Shown here: piece after piece, positions 50,821-61,229 of the stretch
How positions within the stretch are numbered: the stretch's first letter is position 1
How the letters are laid out: every line of letters starts with the position of its first letter
Assembly (NCBI GenBank): GCA_963770805.1
Contig: CAVYQU010000011.1
Coordinates: 574,221 to 638,220 of the forward strand
From: an uncultured Solirubrobacterales bacterium
GTDB lineage: Bacteria; Actinomycetota; Thermoleophilia; Solirubrobacterales; Solirubrobacteraceae
Direction: 5' to 3'
DNA length: 64,000 nucleotides
Notes under the pieces: generated by a model
What the model was told of the DNA's origin: nothing
Databases searched by the model: none
What the model saw: the letters and a program-made list of their open reading frames with translations, nothing else
Program-made: the position numbers and the translations under genes

Positions 50821-51120
50821 ATGGGACGAGCCGAAGAGGAGATCCGCAATCCGCGCACCGGCCAGCGCATGCGCTTCCTCCAGACGAGCACCGATACGGA
50901 CGGGGCGCTCCTGCAGATCGAAACCGTCAACCCGCCGACCGGCGTAGAGGAGCCTGAGCACGTCCACCCCCGCCAGGAGAGCCGAGCCGAGGTAGTCACG
51001 GGCACGCTGCGCTTCTCCGTGAATGGTCGGGAGCAGCGGCTCGGTCCGGGCGAGGCGATCACGATCCCCGCCGGCACGCCTCACTACTTCGTCAACGATG
51101 GCGAAGAGGACGCAGTGCGG
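50821..51120 (+). pseudogene. Cupin-domain protein, 3'-truncated
   Basis: PEHVHPRQE..G.LRF..PAGTPHYF.N after an AGGAG RBS; downstream sequence loses family character. Confidence 0.65.
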
Positions 51121-51621
51121 CACCGGCCACACCACAAGGGAACTCCGCGTCGCTCCTGCTGGTGCGAAGCAGCGCACCCGTTGGCGCGGCGGCAGAGTGT
51201 CGACTCGATTCGAGAGGGAGCCGTTCGAGGTAATTGGGGTGGCGGCTCGTCGCGCACCCAGAGACACTCTCGAACGATCGCTCAGGCTCGGGGAGATCGA
51301 CGGGTTCTTGGGAGGGCTTGTAATTGGTCAGGATCGGAGTAGGGTCGAATCTGTGGCGTCCGGCTACTCCGCCCGCAGGTGGCGCAGCCAGGCAGCCTGC
51401 GCAGAGCCATAGCGCTTGCAACGGCCGATTGGTCGCACTCGGCGGGGGTAAAGCAGCAACGTTTGCCCGTCACAGAGTTGTCGTGCCGCATAACGCGCGC
51501 GCCGATCCGAGTCACGCCTCATAAGGCCGGGGTTGATTACCAGAAAGTCGGACAAGGTCAGCCTAGGCGCCAGCCCAGGGTCGTTTCTGGGGGCGGTTCC
51601 CGTCCGCTGGGCTTCGATCGG

Positions 51622-51665
51622 GAGCGACAACAGCACACAACACGAGCGACAACAGCGCACAACAC
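51622..51665 (+). repeat. 22-bp tandem duplication just upstream of an RBS
   Basis: GAGCGACAACAGC(A/G)CACAACAC x2, one mismatch. Confidence 0.9.
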
Positions 51666-51677
51666 AGGAGAATACGA

Positions 51678-52094
51678 ATGACCTCCACCGATGTAGCCCG
51701 CGCAAATATTGAAGCGTTCAACGCCGGCGACTGGAAACGGTTGGCAGCAACGTTCGCCGACAAGTGCGTATATGACGAACTGGCGACCCATCGCCATCTG
51801 GAAGGCCAGGAAGCGATCGTGGAAGCCAACCGCGGTTGGAAGGAAGCGTTCCCAGATGCCACGGGGCGGATCGAGCGGGCGATGGCGGACAACGGCACCG
51901 TCATGCTGGAAATCACGTGGGAGGGCACCCAGTCGGGGCCGCTCCACATGCCCACCGGCGACATCGCACCTTCCAATCGTCGGATCAACCTCAAAGCCGC
52001 CCAGGTGTTCGAGATCGAAGGGGAGCGCATCCGCGAGGCGCATCACTACTTCGACCTGACGAGCTTGCTGCAGCAGATCGGCGCCGTCGGCTAG
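51678..52094 (+). CDS. SnoaL-like ester cyclase / NTF2-fold protein
   Basis: AFNAGD, WKEAFPD, W.GT.SG..PSNRR..HYFD; AGGAG RBS. Confidence 0.88.
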   Translation: MTSTDVARANIEAFNAGDWKRLAATFADKCVYDELATHRHLEGQEAIVEANRGWKEAFPDATGRIERAMADNGTVMLEITWEGTQSGPLHMPTGDIAPSNRRINLKAAQVFEIEGERIREAHHYFDLTSLLQQIGAVG

Positions 52095-52119
52095 CAACGT
52101 TGGCTCGAGCGCAATCGAC

Positions 52120-52149
52120 CCGGCTCCGGATCCCCTCGTCCGGAGCCGG
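52120..52149 (+). terminator. 11-bp GC-rich hairpin after the ester cyclase
   Basis: CCGGCTCCGGA-N8-TCCGGAGCCGG; no U-tract. Confidence 0.45.
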
Positions 52150-52837
52150 TGCGTACCCATCAAACGACCCGCCGCTCGCCGAACGAATAGACCTGGCGTG
52201 GCTTTCCGGACATGCGTTTACGAGCCGCTCTGCGTTTACCTGGATCCGGACGCATCCAGGTCGGCCGGGTACTGGCGCTGCTTTGAAGCTCGCCAACCTC
52301 CGGGCGAGGCTGCGGCGCCGCGCCTAGGCACCTCCTCCGGACAAGTACTGTGCGAGACGGCTGTGCGCCGGGACGCGGCCGTCACGCACTCGGACAGTTC
52401 GAGCGCCTCAACGCGCATGACTTGGACGCCAGCGCGGACGGGGACCGGGCGGCGTGAGCGTGTTCGGCCGCGGCTCTTGAACCCTCGTAGGTTCCCTGGA
52501 TGGGAGGATCGTTGGCGCACATCGCCCCGTCATCACGGTTCCGTAGTGCTCCCCGACATCCAACGGGCTGTCGCCGATGCTGGCGACGGCCGGCATGGCG
52601 AAGATGCCTAACGACTCCGCGTCGGCGCGTCGGTGGCCGCCAGCTGCAAGCCCCAAATGGATTCAAGGGATTCAGCGTCTACCAGCGCTGTGACGCGGTA
52701 GGGTTGTGCTCTCTGCGGGTAAGTCGCGCAAATCGCTTCTCGGGCAGCCACGCGCTTGTGGCCTTGCGACGCTAAGCCTTCTTTCCTCGCCGGGGCAGCG
52801 CGTTGCTGCACCCAACGCACGAGTGAAAGGCGCCAGC

Positions 52838-53209
52838 ATGTCGCACGTGGGAGAGTCGCACCTCATCATCATGTTTACGGTCGGGCCTGATGAAGTGGCC
52901 GAAGGTGATCGCATCTTCGCGAGCCATGGTGAGTTTATGAAGGGACATCCCCGCGAGGGCGACGTCGCGCTGCTGGACTACAGCGTCTCCAAGGGCCCGG
53001 AACTGTCGAACCCGATGGACCCGAGCTCCGAGCCGACCGGCAACACGACCTTCGTGATCGATGAGCGCTACGCGTCACCAGCCGGGATCGCCAGGCATTG
53101 GCAGGACACGACAGACAACTGGCCGGAGATGTCCTCCGCCGCGCCGGCGTGGTTCGCCACGGCCACGATCGTGACGCTGCACAACGGCTCAGTCGTCCGA
53201 GCACTCTGA
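52838..53209 (+). CDS. Hypothetical protein, possible dimeric alpha/beta barrel
   Basis: GAAAGG RBS; pattern ..DERY..GIARHW resembles ABM-like folds (inference). Confidence 0.65.
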   Translation: MSHVGESHLIIMFTVGPDEVAEGDRIFASHGEFMKGHPREGDVALLDYSVSKGPELSNPMDPSSEPTGNTTFVIDERYASPAGIARHWQDTTDNWPEMSSAAPAWFATATIVTLHNGSVVRAL

Positions 53210-53548
53210 GCGGGTCGACCCCTGCACCGGGACTGCGACTCGGCAAGTCGCCGCAGCCCAGGCGTGCCGGTGAGGCGCGCGCCCTCGAGCTCGTCGAGGA
53301 ATCGGCGCGAGTCTCGGCGCTTCCGCCCGGGATGACTTGCGGCCGTCTCCATCAGCCGACACCGATAGGTCCCTCGGGCTATTTGCGGCAGTATCGGCCG
53401 ACCGGATCGGGCCTTCCGAAGCTGGTGGTCCGGAACGCCTGCCGGACTGTTGCTGAGTCCACTGAACTCCCATGCGCCGCATACGCATGCAGCGCGCGGG
53501 TGGGCGCCCGAAGTCCGGAGCGGGGTCTGGAGTGGTAGCGTCAGCCCA

Positions 53549-54796
53549 ATGATGGGGCCCACCCGTTCCGGTGCCGTTCGGTGGTTGACCGGATTCAGCG
53601 TGGCGCTGCTTGCCGCGGTGTTCGCTCCGAGTGCTGCGCTGGCCAACGGGGTCGTTGGCTATCAGTACCTCACGGCGTACAAGGGTAGCTATCAGTTCAC
53701 CGACACGTTCGTGGCCGCGCCGGGCAAGCCCGATGGTCTCGAAGAGACGCAGCGGTACGCGTGGGTGACATACGACTACGAGACGATCATGGTGCATCCT
53801 GATCATTCGTTCACCCGCACGCTGACGCGGTACATCCTCGCGCGCGGAACCAAGCGGTCGGTAGACGTGCAGGGATCCGGCGTTACGGGTGGGCCGTTCA
53901 GGGCAACGACGTCGTGTGCGATCTACTCGGATTCGACGCCGGTCGAGGCCGTGTCCGGCGGGGCGTACATCGAGCCGGTGCTCGTCAAGCACAACCCGCA
54001 GATCATCGTGTCCTGGTCGCTGCCGGACTACGGATCCCAGCCGAGCAACGACGCGCCGCCCTTTCACGTGAGCGGAACGGCCGACTGTCGGTCGGCCTAC
54101 CACGGCAGCTTCCTCGACTGGACGATCACCGATCCGAGCGCCACGGTCTTCGCGCTGCTCAAACCGACGCGGAAGATCATCGACGCCTTCGGTGCGTCTG
54201 CGGCCATCCGCTACTCGACGATCAGCAAGAAGCCGTGGACTCGGCGCTTCGAGAACGCGACGGTCGCCGCTCGCGCAAGCCGGCCCGGGTTCACCGGCCC
54301 CGCGGTCGACGACGCAAGGGTCACGGTCGATTCAACCGTCACGTTCGACCGGATCTACAGCACGACCCTGCCCGACTCCACGCCGGGCGAGCGCAACAAG
54401 CTCGTCTCGCTACTGGCCAGCGAGGGCTTTTTCGGCCTCGAGGCTCAGGGGCCACCCGGCGGGCCGCCGGTCGGCGCCAGCGGCGACCCTCAGACCGTGG
54501 TTGTCCCGGGCCTCGGACCCGGCGAGCTCAGCCTCGATGTGAGCGGCACGGTCATTCAGCCCCAGAAGGCCCACATCGCGGCCGTCCCGAGCGTTCTGCT
54601 TGCCCGCGCCACAGCACACGTCACGCGGAGCGGGCGACCGGTCACATTGACGATCGTGCCGACCCGAGCGGGCCACCAACTCCTCAGCGGCCCACACGGA
54701 GCGATCGACGGCCGCTACATCCTGGGCTTCAAGCCGCGCGGGTCGACCAGGACCTACCACGCGGTCGAGTCGTTCACGATCCCGGCAATGCCCTGA
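53549..54796 (+). CDS. Secreted hypothetical protein
   Basis: Signal peptide ending SAALA; beta-rich; basic C-terminal module. Confidence 0.75.
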   Translation: MMGPTRSGAVRWLTGFSVALLAAVFAPSAALANGVVGYQYLTAYKGSYQFTDTFVAAPGKPDGLEETQRYAWVTYDYETIMVHPDHSFTRTLTRYILARGTKRSVDVQGSGVTGGPFRATTSCAIYSDSTPVEAVSGGAYIEPVLVKHNPQIIVSWSLPDYGSQPSNDAPPFHVSGTADCRSAYHGSFLDWTITDPSATVFALLKPTRKIIDAFGASAAIRYSTISKKPWTRRFENATVAARASRPGFTGPAVDDARVTVDSTVTFDRIYSTTLPDSTPGERNKLVSLLASEGFFGLEAQGPPGGPPVGASGDPQTVVVPGLGPGELSLDVSGTVIQPQKAHIAAVPSVLLARATAHVTRSGRPVTLTIVPTRAGHQLLSGPHGAIDGRYILGFKPRGSTRTYHAVESFTIPAMP

Positions 54797-55011
54797 CCCA
54801 CGCAATGCAGGTTCATGATCGGTGCGGCTCTACGTGCCCGATCCTGCAGGAGCAAGGAGCGCCGACACCCGGCTGCCTCGACTGCTGCGCAATCAGCGCC
54901 ACGGCGCTGCCTGTCCGTGGGTGCTGATCCCCTTCGTAGCCGGTGCTCACCCGTTGTGGGTGAGGAGATGGGACCCTGCAATGCTCGAACGTACGATTTG
55001 GTATGCGAAAT

Positions 55012-55530
55012 ATGGCGGCAAAATCCCGGTACCGGCCAAGTCCGGAGACGCCTCCCCTGCTGGTCGAGGCCAAGCTTGCGGTGCCAAGCGTGCGTCACGG
55101 CGTGGTGGATCGACCGCGCACTGGCCGCGCGTTCGACGCCGGCCGCACAGCCTCAGTGACACTTGTCGCGGCTCCGCCCGGGTCGGCATCGACGAGCTTA
55201 TGAACGGCGCCGCCGCGCTGGGGAGCGAGTTGGTCGTCGTGCTCGACAACCTGGAATCGGTGACGAGCAACGAAGCCCTGTCGTCGATCGACTCTGCCAT
55301 CGCGCGCCTTCCCCCGAACGCGCGCATAGTCCTGCTCGCACGGGTGGATCCGGCGCTGAGGCTCGCGCGGCTGCGGGCCCGGCGAACTCGTCGAGGTCCG
55401 TGGAGCGGACCTCGCGTTTACCACTGCCGAGGCGCACGAGCTGCTCGTGGTTCTCGGCTGTCTCGAGCTCGGCGCGGAGGAACTCGACTTGCTCGTACCA
55501 AGACGCCATTACGGCTGGCCTGGCGCTAAG
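55012..55530 (+). pseudogene. MalT-like LuxR/AAA regulator relic
   Basis: LVEAKLAVP..VDRPR..LVAAPPG; VVVLDNLE; frameshift into GELVEVRGADLAFTTAEA.ELL; C-terminus absent. Confidence 0.75.
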
Positions 55531-55595
55531 GTCGGAAACGAATCTGAGTTGGGCCTCGGCTCGGCATCCGCGGCGGCCCACGGAAAGGAGTAGTC

Positions 55596-55985
55596 ATGAC
55601 TACGACTGCGGCGGAACTGGTCGCCAAGGCCAACGCCACCATCGACATCCTCACCCCCCAGCAGGCTCAAGAGGAACTGATGGGCGGCAATCCCGTGCTC
55701 CTCGACGTGCGCGAGCCCGTCGAGTGGGAGCATCACATCGAAGGGGCCGTCCAGGTTCCGCGAGGACTGTTGGAGTTCGTCGCCGACCCTGCCAGCCCCA
55801 AGCACAGGCCCGAACTCGACCCCGCACGCAGGGTAATCGTCTACTGCAACTCAGGCTCACGCGCCGCGCTCGCCGCCGCAACGCTGAAGAGCCTCGGCTT
55901 CGGGAATGTCGCGAACATGAAGGGCGGGTTCACCGCCTGGAAGGACGCCGGACTGCCGACCACCGAACACCATGCCGGCATTTAG
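55596..55985 (+). CDS. Rhodanese-like domain protein
   Basis: LLDVREPVEW..HIEGA..RG.LE, YCNSGSRA, MKGGF.AW. Confidence 0.9.
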   Translation: MTTTAAELVAKANATIDILTPQQAQEELMGGNPVLLDVREPVEWEHHIEGAVQVPRGLLEFVADPASPKHRPELDPARRVIVYCNSGSRAALAAATLKSLGFGNVANMKGGFTAWKDAGLPTTEHHAGI

Positions 55986-56285
55986 GTTCGCATCAAGGAC
56001 GCTGCGGCACCCGGGACCTCCGGCGCTCCCGGGTGCCGAGCTACTGCATCACAAGCGCCGCGGGGTTTCGGGTGGGGTACCGGTGGCTGAGCCGGGGCCG
56101 TTGGCCAAATCCTCGGATCCGTTCGGAAGCACCAGCGTGTCGTTCGTCAGTTGAGCCGCCTGGTTTCTCGTCCGGAGCATCAGCGACGCTGCCAGCGAGA
56201 CTGTGGGTGCGGCTGTTGCTGCCGAGTCGGGTGTGCGGCGCCGCGGTGTTGGCCGCGCTGCTGCGGGCGTAATCGGTGCGGCTGC

Positions 56286-58355
56286 TTAGTGCAGCCAGGT
56301 GGCGGGTACGCTGGTGGTCTGTTGCCCTGGTGTGCTGGCGAGTGTGGCGGTAGCGTGGGCGGTTCCGCCGCTGCCGGTGAGTATGCCGGTGCGGGTGGTG
56401 AGGCGGATGACGCCGGTGCGGGCTGGAAGGTTGGTGATCCGGATGGTGTGGCGGGTGATGCTCACGGTGACGTTGTTGGCGGTGGTGTGAGCGCCGACGA
56501 TGTCGAAGGTGCGCGCGGGGTACCCGGCCTGTCGGTAGCTGAACTGTCCGAGCTTGCGTGCGGTGACGTGTAGGTAGAGGCCGCTGGGTAGGGTGATGGT
56601 GGCGGTGTTCATTGCGGTGCGGGAGGCGAGCGAGATCAGTGCGCTCTGGCCGGGGCCGCCGTCGACGCGGACGGCGAGCGGGCAAGTGGCGAGCATCAGC
56701 GGCGTCTGGTGACTGTGTCCGTGGGTCGTGACCGTGAGCGTGTGCGCGCCGTCGGTGTAGCCGTCGAGGGTGCGGGGGCTGATTGTGACTCGGTGGCCGC
56801 TGCCGACGGCTTGCCCGTCGATGCTGGCCTCGAGTGTGTGTCGTGCGGTCAGGGTCAGGGGCGCCCATAGGAGGCTGGGCCGTGGGTAGCTCACGATGAC
56901 CAGATTGCTACCGGCGTGGAACTGCCGGGCGGTGTTGATCGTTCGGCACGTGCCCCTGTCGACGAATGACCCCGCGAGGCGACTGAGATCCATCGCCGCG
57001 ATCGGTCCCGTCGGCGGGCTGGTGACCGTCTGGGCGCCCACAGTGTTCGTGGCGGTCAACCGGCATGCGAGCTGGAAGCCCACGTCTCCGTCGCTCGGCG
57101 TATACGTCGCCGCTTTGGCGGCGGGGAGTGGTTGACCGTTGCGCAGCCATTGGTAGGAGTAGACGGTCGCGCTCGGGTAGCCGACCGGGTTGCAGGTCAA
57201 CCTGCTGGCAGCGGCCGGATTGCCGGTGATGACGGCGGTGCCGTTCGGGCTGGGCACGCCCGTGCCGGTGAATCCGATCGGCATCACCGGACCGGGCGTG
57301 TTGGTGATGATGATGACCGAGCCGTCGCGAGAGCCATCGGTGCTCGGCTGAAAGTGCACGGTGAACTGGCAGAAGGAGCCCTGGTTGACGACTTGCCCGG
57401 AGCACCCGTCGGCGGTGATCGGGAAGACCAAGGGGGTGCCGGTGACCATAAAGGCCTCTTGGATCTGCAGTGGCGAGTCCCCGTTGTTTGCGACGGTGAT
57501 CGTCTGAGAGGCGCTCTTGCCGATGGCGATGTCGCCGAAGTCGGTCTGCGAGGGGCTGATGACAGCGTGCGGGCCGCTCAGTGCTGTGGCGTCCAGCGGG
57601 ATGATGAGCGGGCTGCTGAGGCTGTCGCTGCTGATTTCCAGTTGGGCGTGGAAGGTGCCCGGACCATTGGGAGGGTTGAACCCGACGCCCATCCCGCACC
57701 CATTGCCGGGCCCGTACTGCTGGTTGGTGCAGTTCTGGCCCCAGGCGATGTAGAAGCGGGAGGCGTCGGGGCCCGTGATCGTCGCCGACGTGGTCTGAGT
57801 GCCAGCGTCGTTGGAGTTCTGGATGTTGATGCCCTGCTGCTGGCCACCGTTGAAGTACGGCTGGGGCGCGAAGGTCAGCGGGTTCGGAGTGGCCGTGAGG
57901 GTCCCCGTGATGCCCGTCCCCGTGAGCGGAACATCGAGCGTGCCGGAGTCGTCGTTGAGCTCCAACGATGCGGTCTTCGGGCCCGTGCCGGTCGCGTTGA
58001 AGGTCACCTGAACACTGCAGGCACTCGTTGGCGGCAGGAATGCCCCGGGGCACGTGTTGAAGTTCAGTTGAAAGTCTGTGGCGTCGGGGCCGACAACTGT
58101 GAGACCGGCGATGTTCACGTTGCCGGCAGTGTTGTTGGTGAACGTGAAGGTCTGGTTGGGGCCGCCGCCGCTGTGAACGTCATCGTTACCGAAGTCCCAC
58201 GAGACCGGCGAAGGCGACAACACCGACGTGCTGGCTCGCGCCGACGCCGGCGCACCGAGCAGCCCGGCCAGCGCGAGCGCGACCGCACAGACGGAGACAA
58301 GAAATTGAGCGTGGAGGTGCCGGGCGGTGGGCATGGGCCGAGTGGCCGAGAACAT
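56286..58355 (-). CDS. Secreted protein with tandem choice-of-anchor D/ASH-type Ig-like domains
   Basis: Signal peptide; three repeats with (W/T)DFG..T.TN.G..C..C.V.F.P pattern; start 58355 or 58334. Confidence 0.78.
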   Translation of the reverse strand: MFSATRPMPTARHLHAQFLVSVCAVALALAGLLGAPASARASTSVLSPSPVSWDFGNDDVHSGGGPNQTFTFTNNTAGNVNIAGLTVVGPDATDFQLNFNTCPGAFLPPTSACSVQVTFNATGTGPKTASLELNDDSGTLDVPLTGTGITGTLTATPNPLTFAPQPYFNGGQQQGINIQNSNDAGTQTTSATITGPDASRFYIAWGQNCTNQQYGPGNGCGMGVGFNPPNGPGTFHAQLEISSDSLSSPLIIPLDATALSGPHAVISPSQTDFGDIAIGKSASQTITVANNGDSPLQIQEAFMVTGTPLVFPITADGCSGQVVNQGSFCQFTVHFQPSTDGSRDGSVIIITNTPGPVMPIGFTGTGVPSPNGTAVITGNPAAASRLTCNPVGYPSATVYSYQWLRNGQPLPAAKAATYTPSDGDVGFQLACRLTATNTVGAQTVTSPPTGPIAAMDLSRLAGSFVDRGTCRTINTARQFHAGSNLVIVSYPRPSLLWAPLTLTARHTLEASIDGQAVGSGHRVTISPRTLDGYTDGAHTLTVTTHGHSHQTPLMLATCPLAVRVDGGPGQSALISLASRTAMNTATITLPSGLYLHVTARKLGQFSYRQAGYPARTFDIVGAHTTANNVTVSITRHTIRITNLPARTGVIRLTTRTGILTGSGGTAHATATLASTPGQQTTSVPATWLH

Positions 58356-58606
58356 GGCTGCCTTGCGGGAGCGCTGCCTCGGGCGGATTCTCGAGCGCTG
58401 AGAAGGCGCCTGCAACCGAGGCATCGGCAGCCACACCAGATCTCACGACACCTGCACCCTCCCGTGCACACAAAGGCCCACGCCCCGCCGCACGACGACT
58501 GCACGGGATCACCACCGGAACCCGCGCATCCGCGTGAACTCGGCTCTGCGTAAGAAGCGCCGGCCGCCAGAAGCCAGCGTCGCCCTAAGCCGCGGCGCCG
58601 CGTGTC

Positions 58607-59494
58607 CAGTGCATCGCCGACGGTGCCGATCGACGCGAGCACCTCGTGGTCGTCAAGAACCTGCGTGTAGTCAATACTGGTGTATTGCGAGCCGGCGTCG
58701 GTATGGGCCACCAGCTGAAAGTCAGCGCCGGGAGCGCGGAGCCCGAGCGCCATCCGCAGCGCGTCGAGCACCAGCGTGGTGCGCATGTTCTGAGCCAGCT
58801 GCCAGCCGACGATCATCCGGCTGAACACGTCGATGACGAAGCTGAAGTACAGCACCCCCTCCCAGCAGCGCAGATACGTGAAATCGCCCACCCAGAGCCG
58901 GTTCGGGGCGCTGGCGGCGAAGTCGCGCCTGACGAGATCATCAGCCCTCGAGGCGCTCGGGTCTGCCCGAGTGGTCCGCCACGGCTTCCCACGCCGCTTC
59001 GCACCGACGATCCCGTTCACGGCCATCAACCGCTGCACCTGACAGCGCGCGACTGGCTCACCGGCACGCCCCAGCGCCTTCCACATCCGCCGATACCCGT
59101 ACGCGAAGTAGTTCTCCGCGTGCGTGTGGCGGATCACGCCGAGCAGCCGCTCGTCCTCCACCGTGCGAGCGGACCGCTCGCCGCTGGCACGCTCGTAGTA
59201 CGCAGACGCCGACACGCCCAAGGTCTCACAGATGGGCTCGACCCCGAAGCGGTCGCGATGGGAATCGACATACGCGCTCACCTCGTTCGGTCCTGGTCGA
59301 GCTCCTTGGCAAAAAACACCGAGGCCGATTTGAGGATCTCGTTCGCGCGACGCAGATCGTGCACCTCACGACGCAGCTTGCGGATCTCCTCACGCTCCTC
59401 GGTGCTCAACATGTTCGGGCGCGATCCGTTATCGGCCTCCGCCTGACGCACGCGCTTACGCAGCGCCTCATGGTGGACGCCCAGATCAGCGGCG
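58607..59494 (-). mobile_element. IS3-family element, truncated at both ends
   Basis: orfA tail DLGVHHEALR..ANEILKSASVFFAKELD; orfB YGYRRMW, WVGDFTY, HTDAGSQYTS, stops at GDALD before the catalytic Glu; no terminal IRs seen. Confidence 0.88.
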
Positions 59495-59642
59495 CTGCGA
59501 CGGTGGCAGCGTTCGCCGAAAGCGACACTCGCCGAGAATGCCGTCGCTTCCTCCCGTCCGTCGATGAGCAAGCACGCTCAGTTTCGCATTCGGCTCGCAG
59601 AGACAGTCCCCGCCGCCGGGCGTCCCCGGCTTCATGTCATGG

Positions 59643-60148
59643 CTATTCCCAAGACTCCTCCACCTCCGGAGCAGCGTCTTCGGGAAACGAAGCCAGGAAC
59701 AGCAGGCTCTGCACATCCAACGCGTCCCTCACCGGGACACCCTCCGCACGTAGCCGATCCTCGGTCTCGCGCTCGAACGCCAGATGGTGCCGATAATCCT
59801 CTGTCGCAGATTCATAATGCTCGGCCGGCGTCCCGACAGCGCGCTCGGCCCTTTCAAACACACGCGTCCGCACGAGCGGCAGAGCCAGCGGATCTACCGC
59901 GCAATTGAAGAGCGAACCGAATGCAAGGACCGCCGCTCGATTGCGTGGGACCACCCCAGATCGTTCCGCGTCCTCCGCTGGGCTGCAAATACGTCAAATC
60001 GAGACTGGGCATCCCGATCATCATCCAAGGACCCTGAAAGAACGGCGCGGACCCGATCCTCATCCTCGCGCGCCCAGTTCAACAGCCACTCGTTCTGACG
60101 TGCCGTTAGCAGCTTGGCGGGTTGGCGAGCCCGACCCGCGCGGATCAA
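59643..60148 (-). pseudogene. Frameshifted hypothetical gene relic
   Basis: Two consecutive frames give protein-like sequence ending RDALDVQSLLF. Confidence 0.4.
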
Positions 60149-60830
60149 GCGGTCGAGTATCCCCCTCGAACGCGCGCTTTAAGACTGGATCGTGGAGGAC
60201 CCGGAACTTGCCTTCGACGGTGTCGTGATCGTCGGGAGGCAGGTAGGGATCGCTGGAGGCAGGCTGGATCTGTTGGGGCTTGATCCGAGCGGCAGGTGGA
60301 TAGTCGTCGAGATCAAGGCCGGCAAGCTCTACCGGGACGTGATTGCCCAGGCGCTCGATTACGTGGCCTCAGTGCGCAGGCTGCCAACGGAGTGCCTGAG
60401 GTCAGTCGCCGAGGCATATCTCGCAGAGCATCCCAATCCTCATGCGTCTGAGCGGCTCGGCGCGGCCGTATCCAGCGATGACGACGCCTCCCCTCGGGAG
60501 GTCGCTGGCCTCGTCGTCGGTACCGCCCGCGATCCAGGACTTGAGCGGCTGATCGACTTCCTGGCCACCGAGAACGGCATCGCGATCGACGCCGTCACCT
60601 TCGAGGTGTTCGGGCTGTTCACGATCTTCTCCGCCTCCGAGAGGCATGGGAGCAGGATTTACTCGTCGGGGGAGGCCTTCGAGGAGTTCTTCCCAAACAT
60701 CTCCGCAGACGAAGCACGACGCCAGCTCGGCCCAGACGGCCTCCGCGAGCTCAGCCGGACGACAGCCAACGAGTTCATCTCAGACCACCTGTTCGGTGAG
60801 ATGCCGGCCGATGCGGACGGAGATACGTAA
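60100..60830 (+). pseudogene. NucS/DUF91-like PD-(D/E)XK endonuclease, disrupted
   Basis: GRLDLLGLD..VVEIK..VIAQALDY; in-frame TAA at 60180 (LERAL*DWIVEDP) and an upstream frameshift. Confidence 0.75.
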
Positions 60831-61019
60831 ACCAGCGCGTGGCAATCCTGTTCGGCTTGAGTCGGTGTCCGCCGCCCCCCAATCTCCCTTCCGGAGCGGT
60901 GGTTTGACCACCACGCAGCTGCGCACTTAGACCCTTGTGCATGATTCTGCCGTCGACCTCGTACCCGTTAGCTGGAACGCCGACCATAGGAGTGCTTACT
61001 GAGAAAGTTCTGGGTGCGG

Positions 61020-61200
61020 TGACGTCCGACCGCTCCGGTTGGTTCCCGGGCTGGCGGCGGGCTGACTCATTGACTTTCTGTCGACCAGTGGTCTGACCTA
61101 CCGGATGTCGTGTCGCCCGTCGCCGCCCGAGGACCACCGGCGTGACCTGATAGGAGCCTGGCAGCTGCCCGGAGTGAGACGTGTCCGCCGGAAGTCCGCT
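61020..61200 (+). ncRNA. Putative IS110 bridge RNA
   Basis: 17-bp stem 61048-61066/61112-61128 plus a second stem-loop module 61131-61186; contains short matches to donor and target; ends approximate. Confidence 0.6.
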
Positions 61201-61229
61201 TCGTCAACTCAACCGAAGGGACGGCCTGC

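Noticed and set aside
58360-58600. Possible c-di-GMP or c-di-AMP riboswitch upstream of the Ig-repeat gene
   Set aside because: Conserved riboswitch motifs could not be matched by eye; an Rfam scan would be needed.
58115-58606. C-terminal tail of the IS3 orfB ORF
   Set aside because: Read-through into non-IS sequence after the truncation at GDALD.
60180-60182. In-frame TAA in the NucS-like gene as recoding
   Set aside because: TAA is not a Sec/Pyl codon and a second lesion is present; simple nonsense change.
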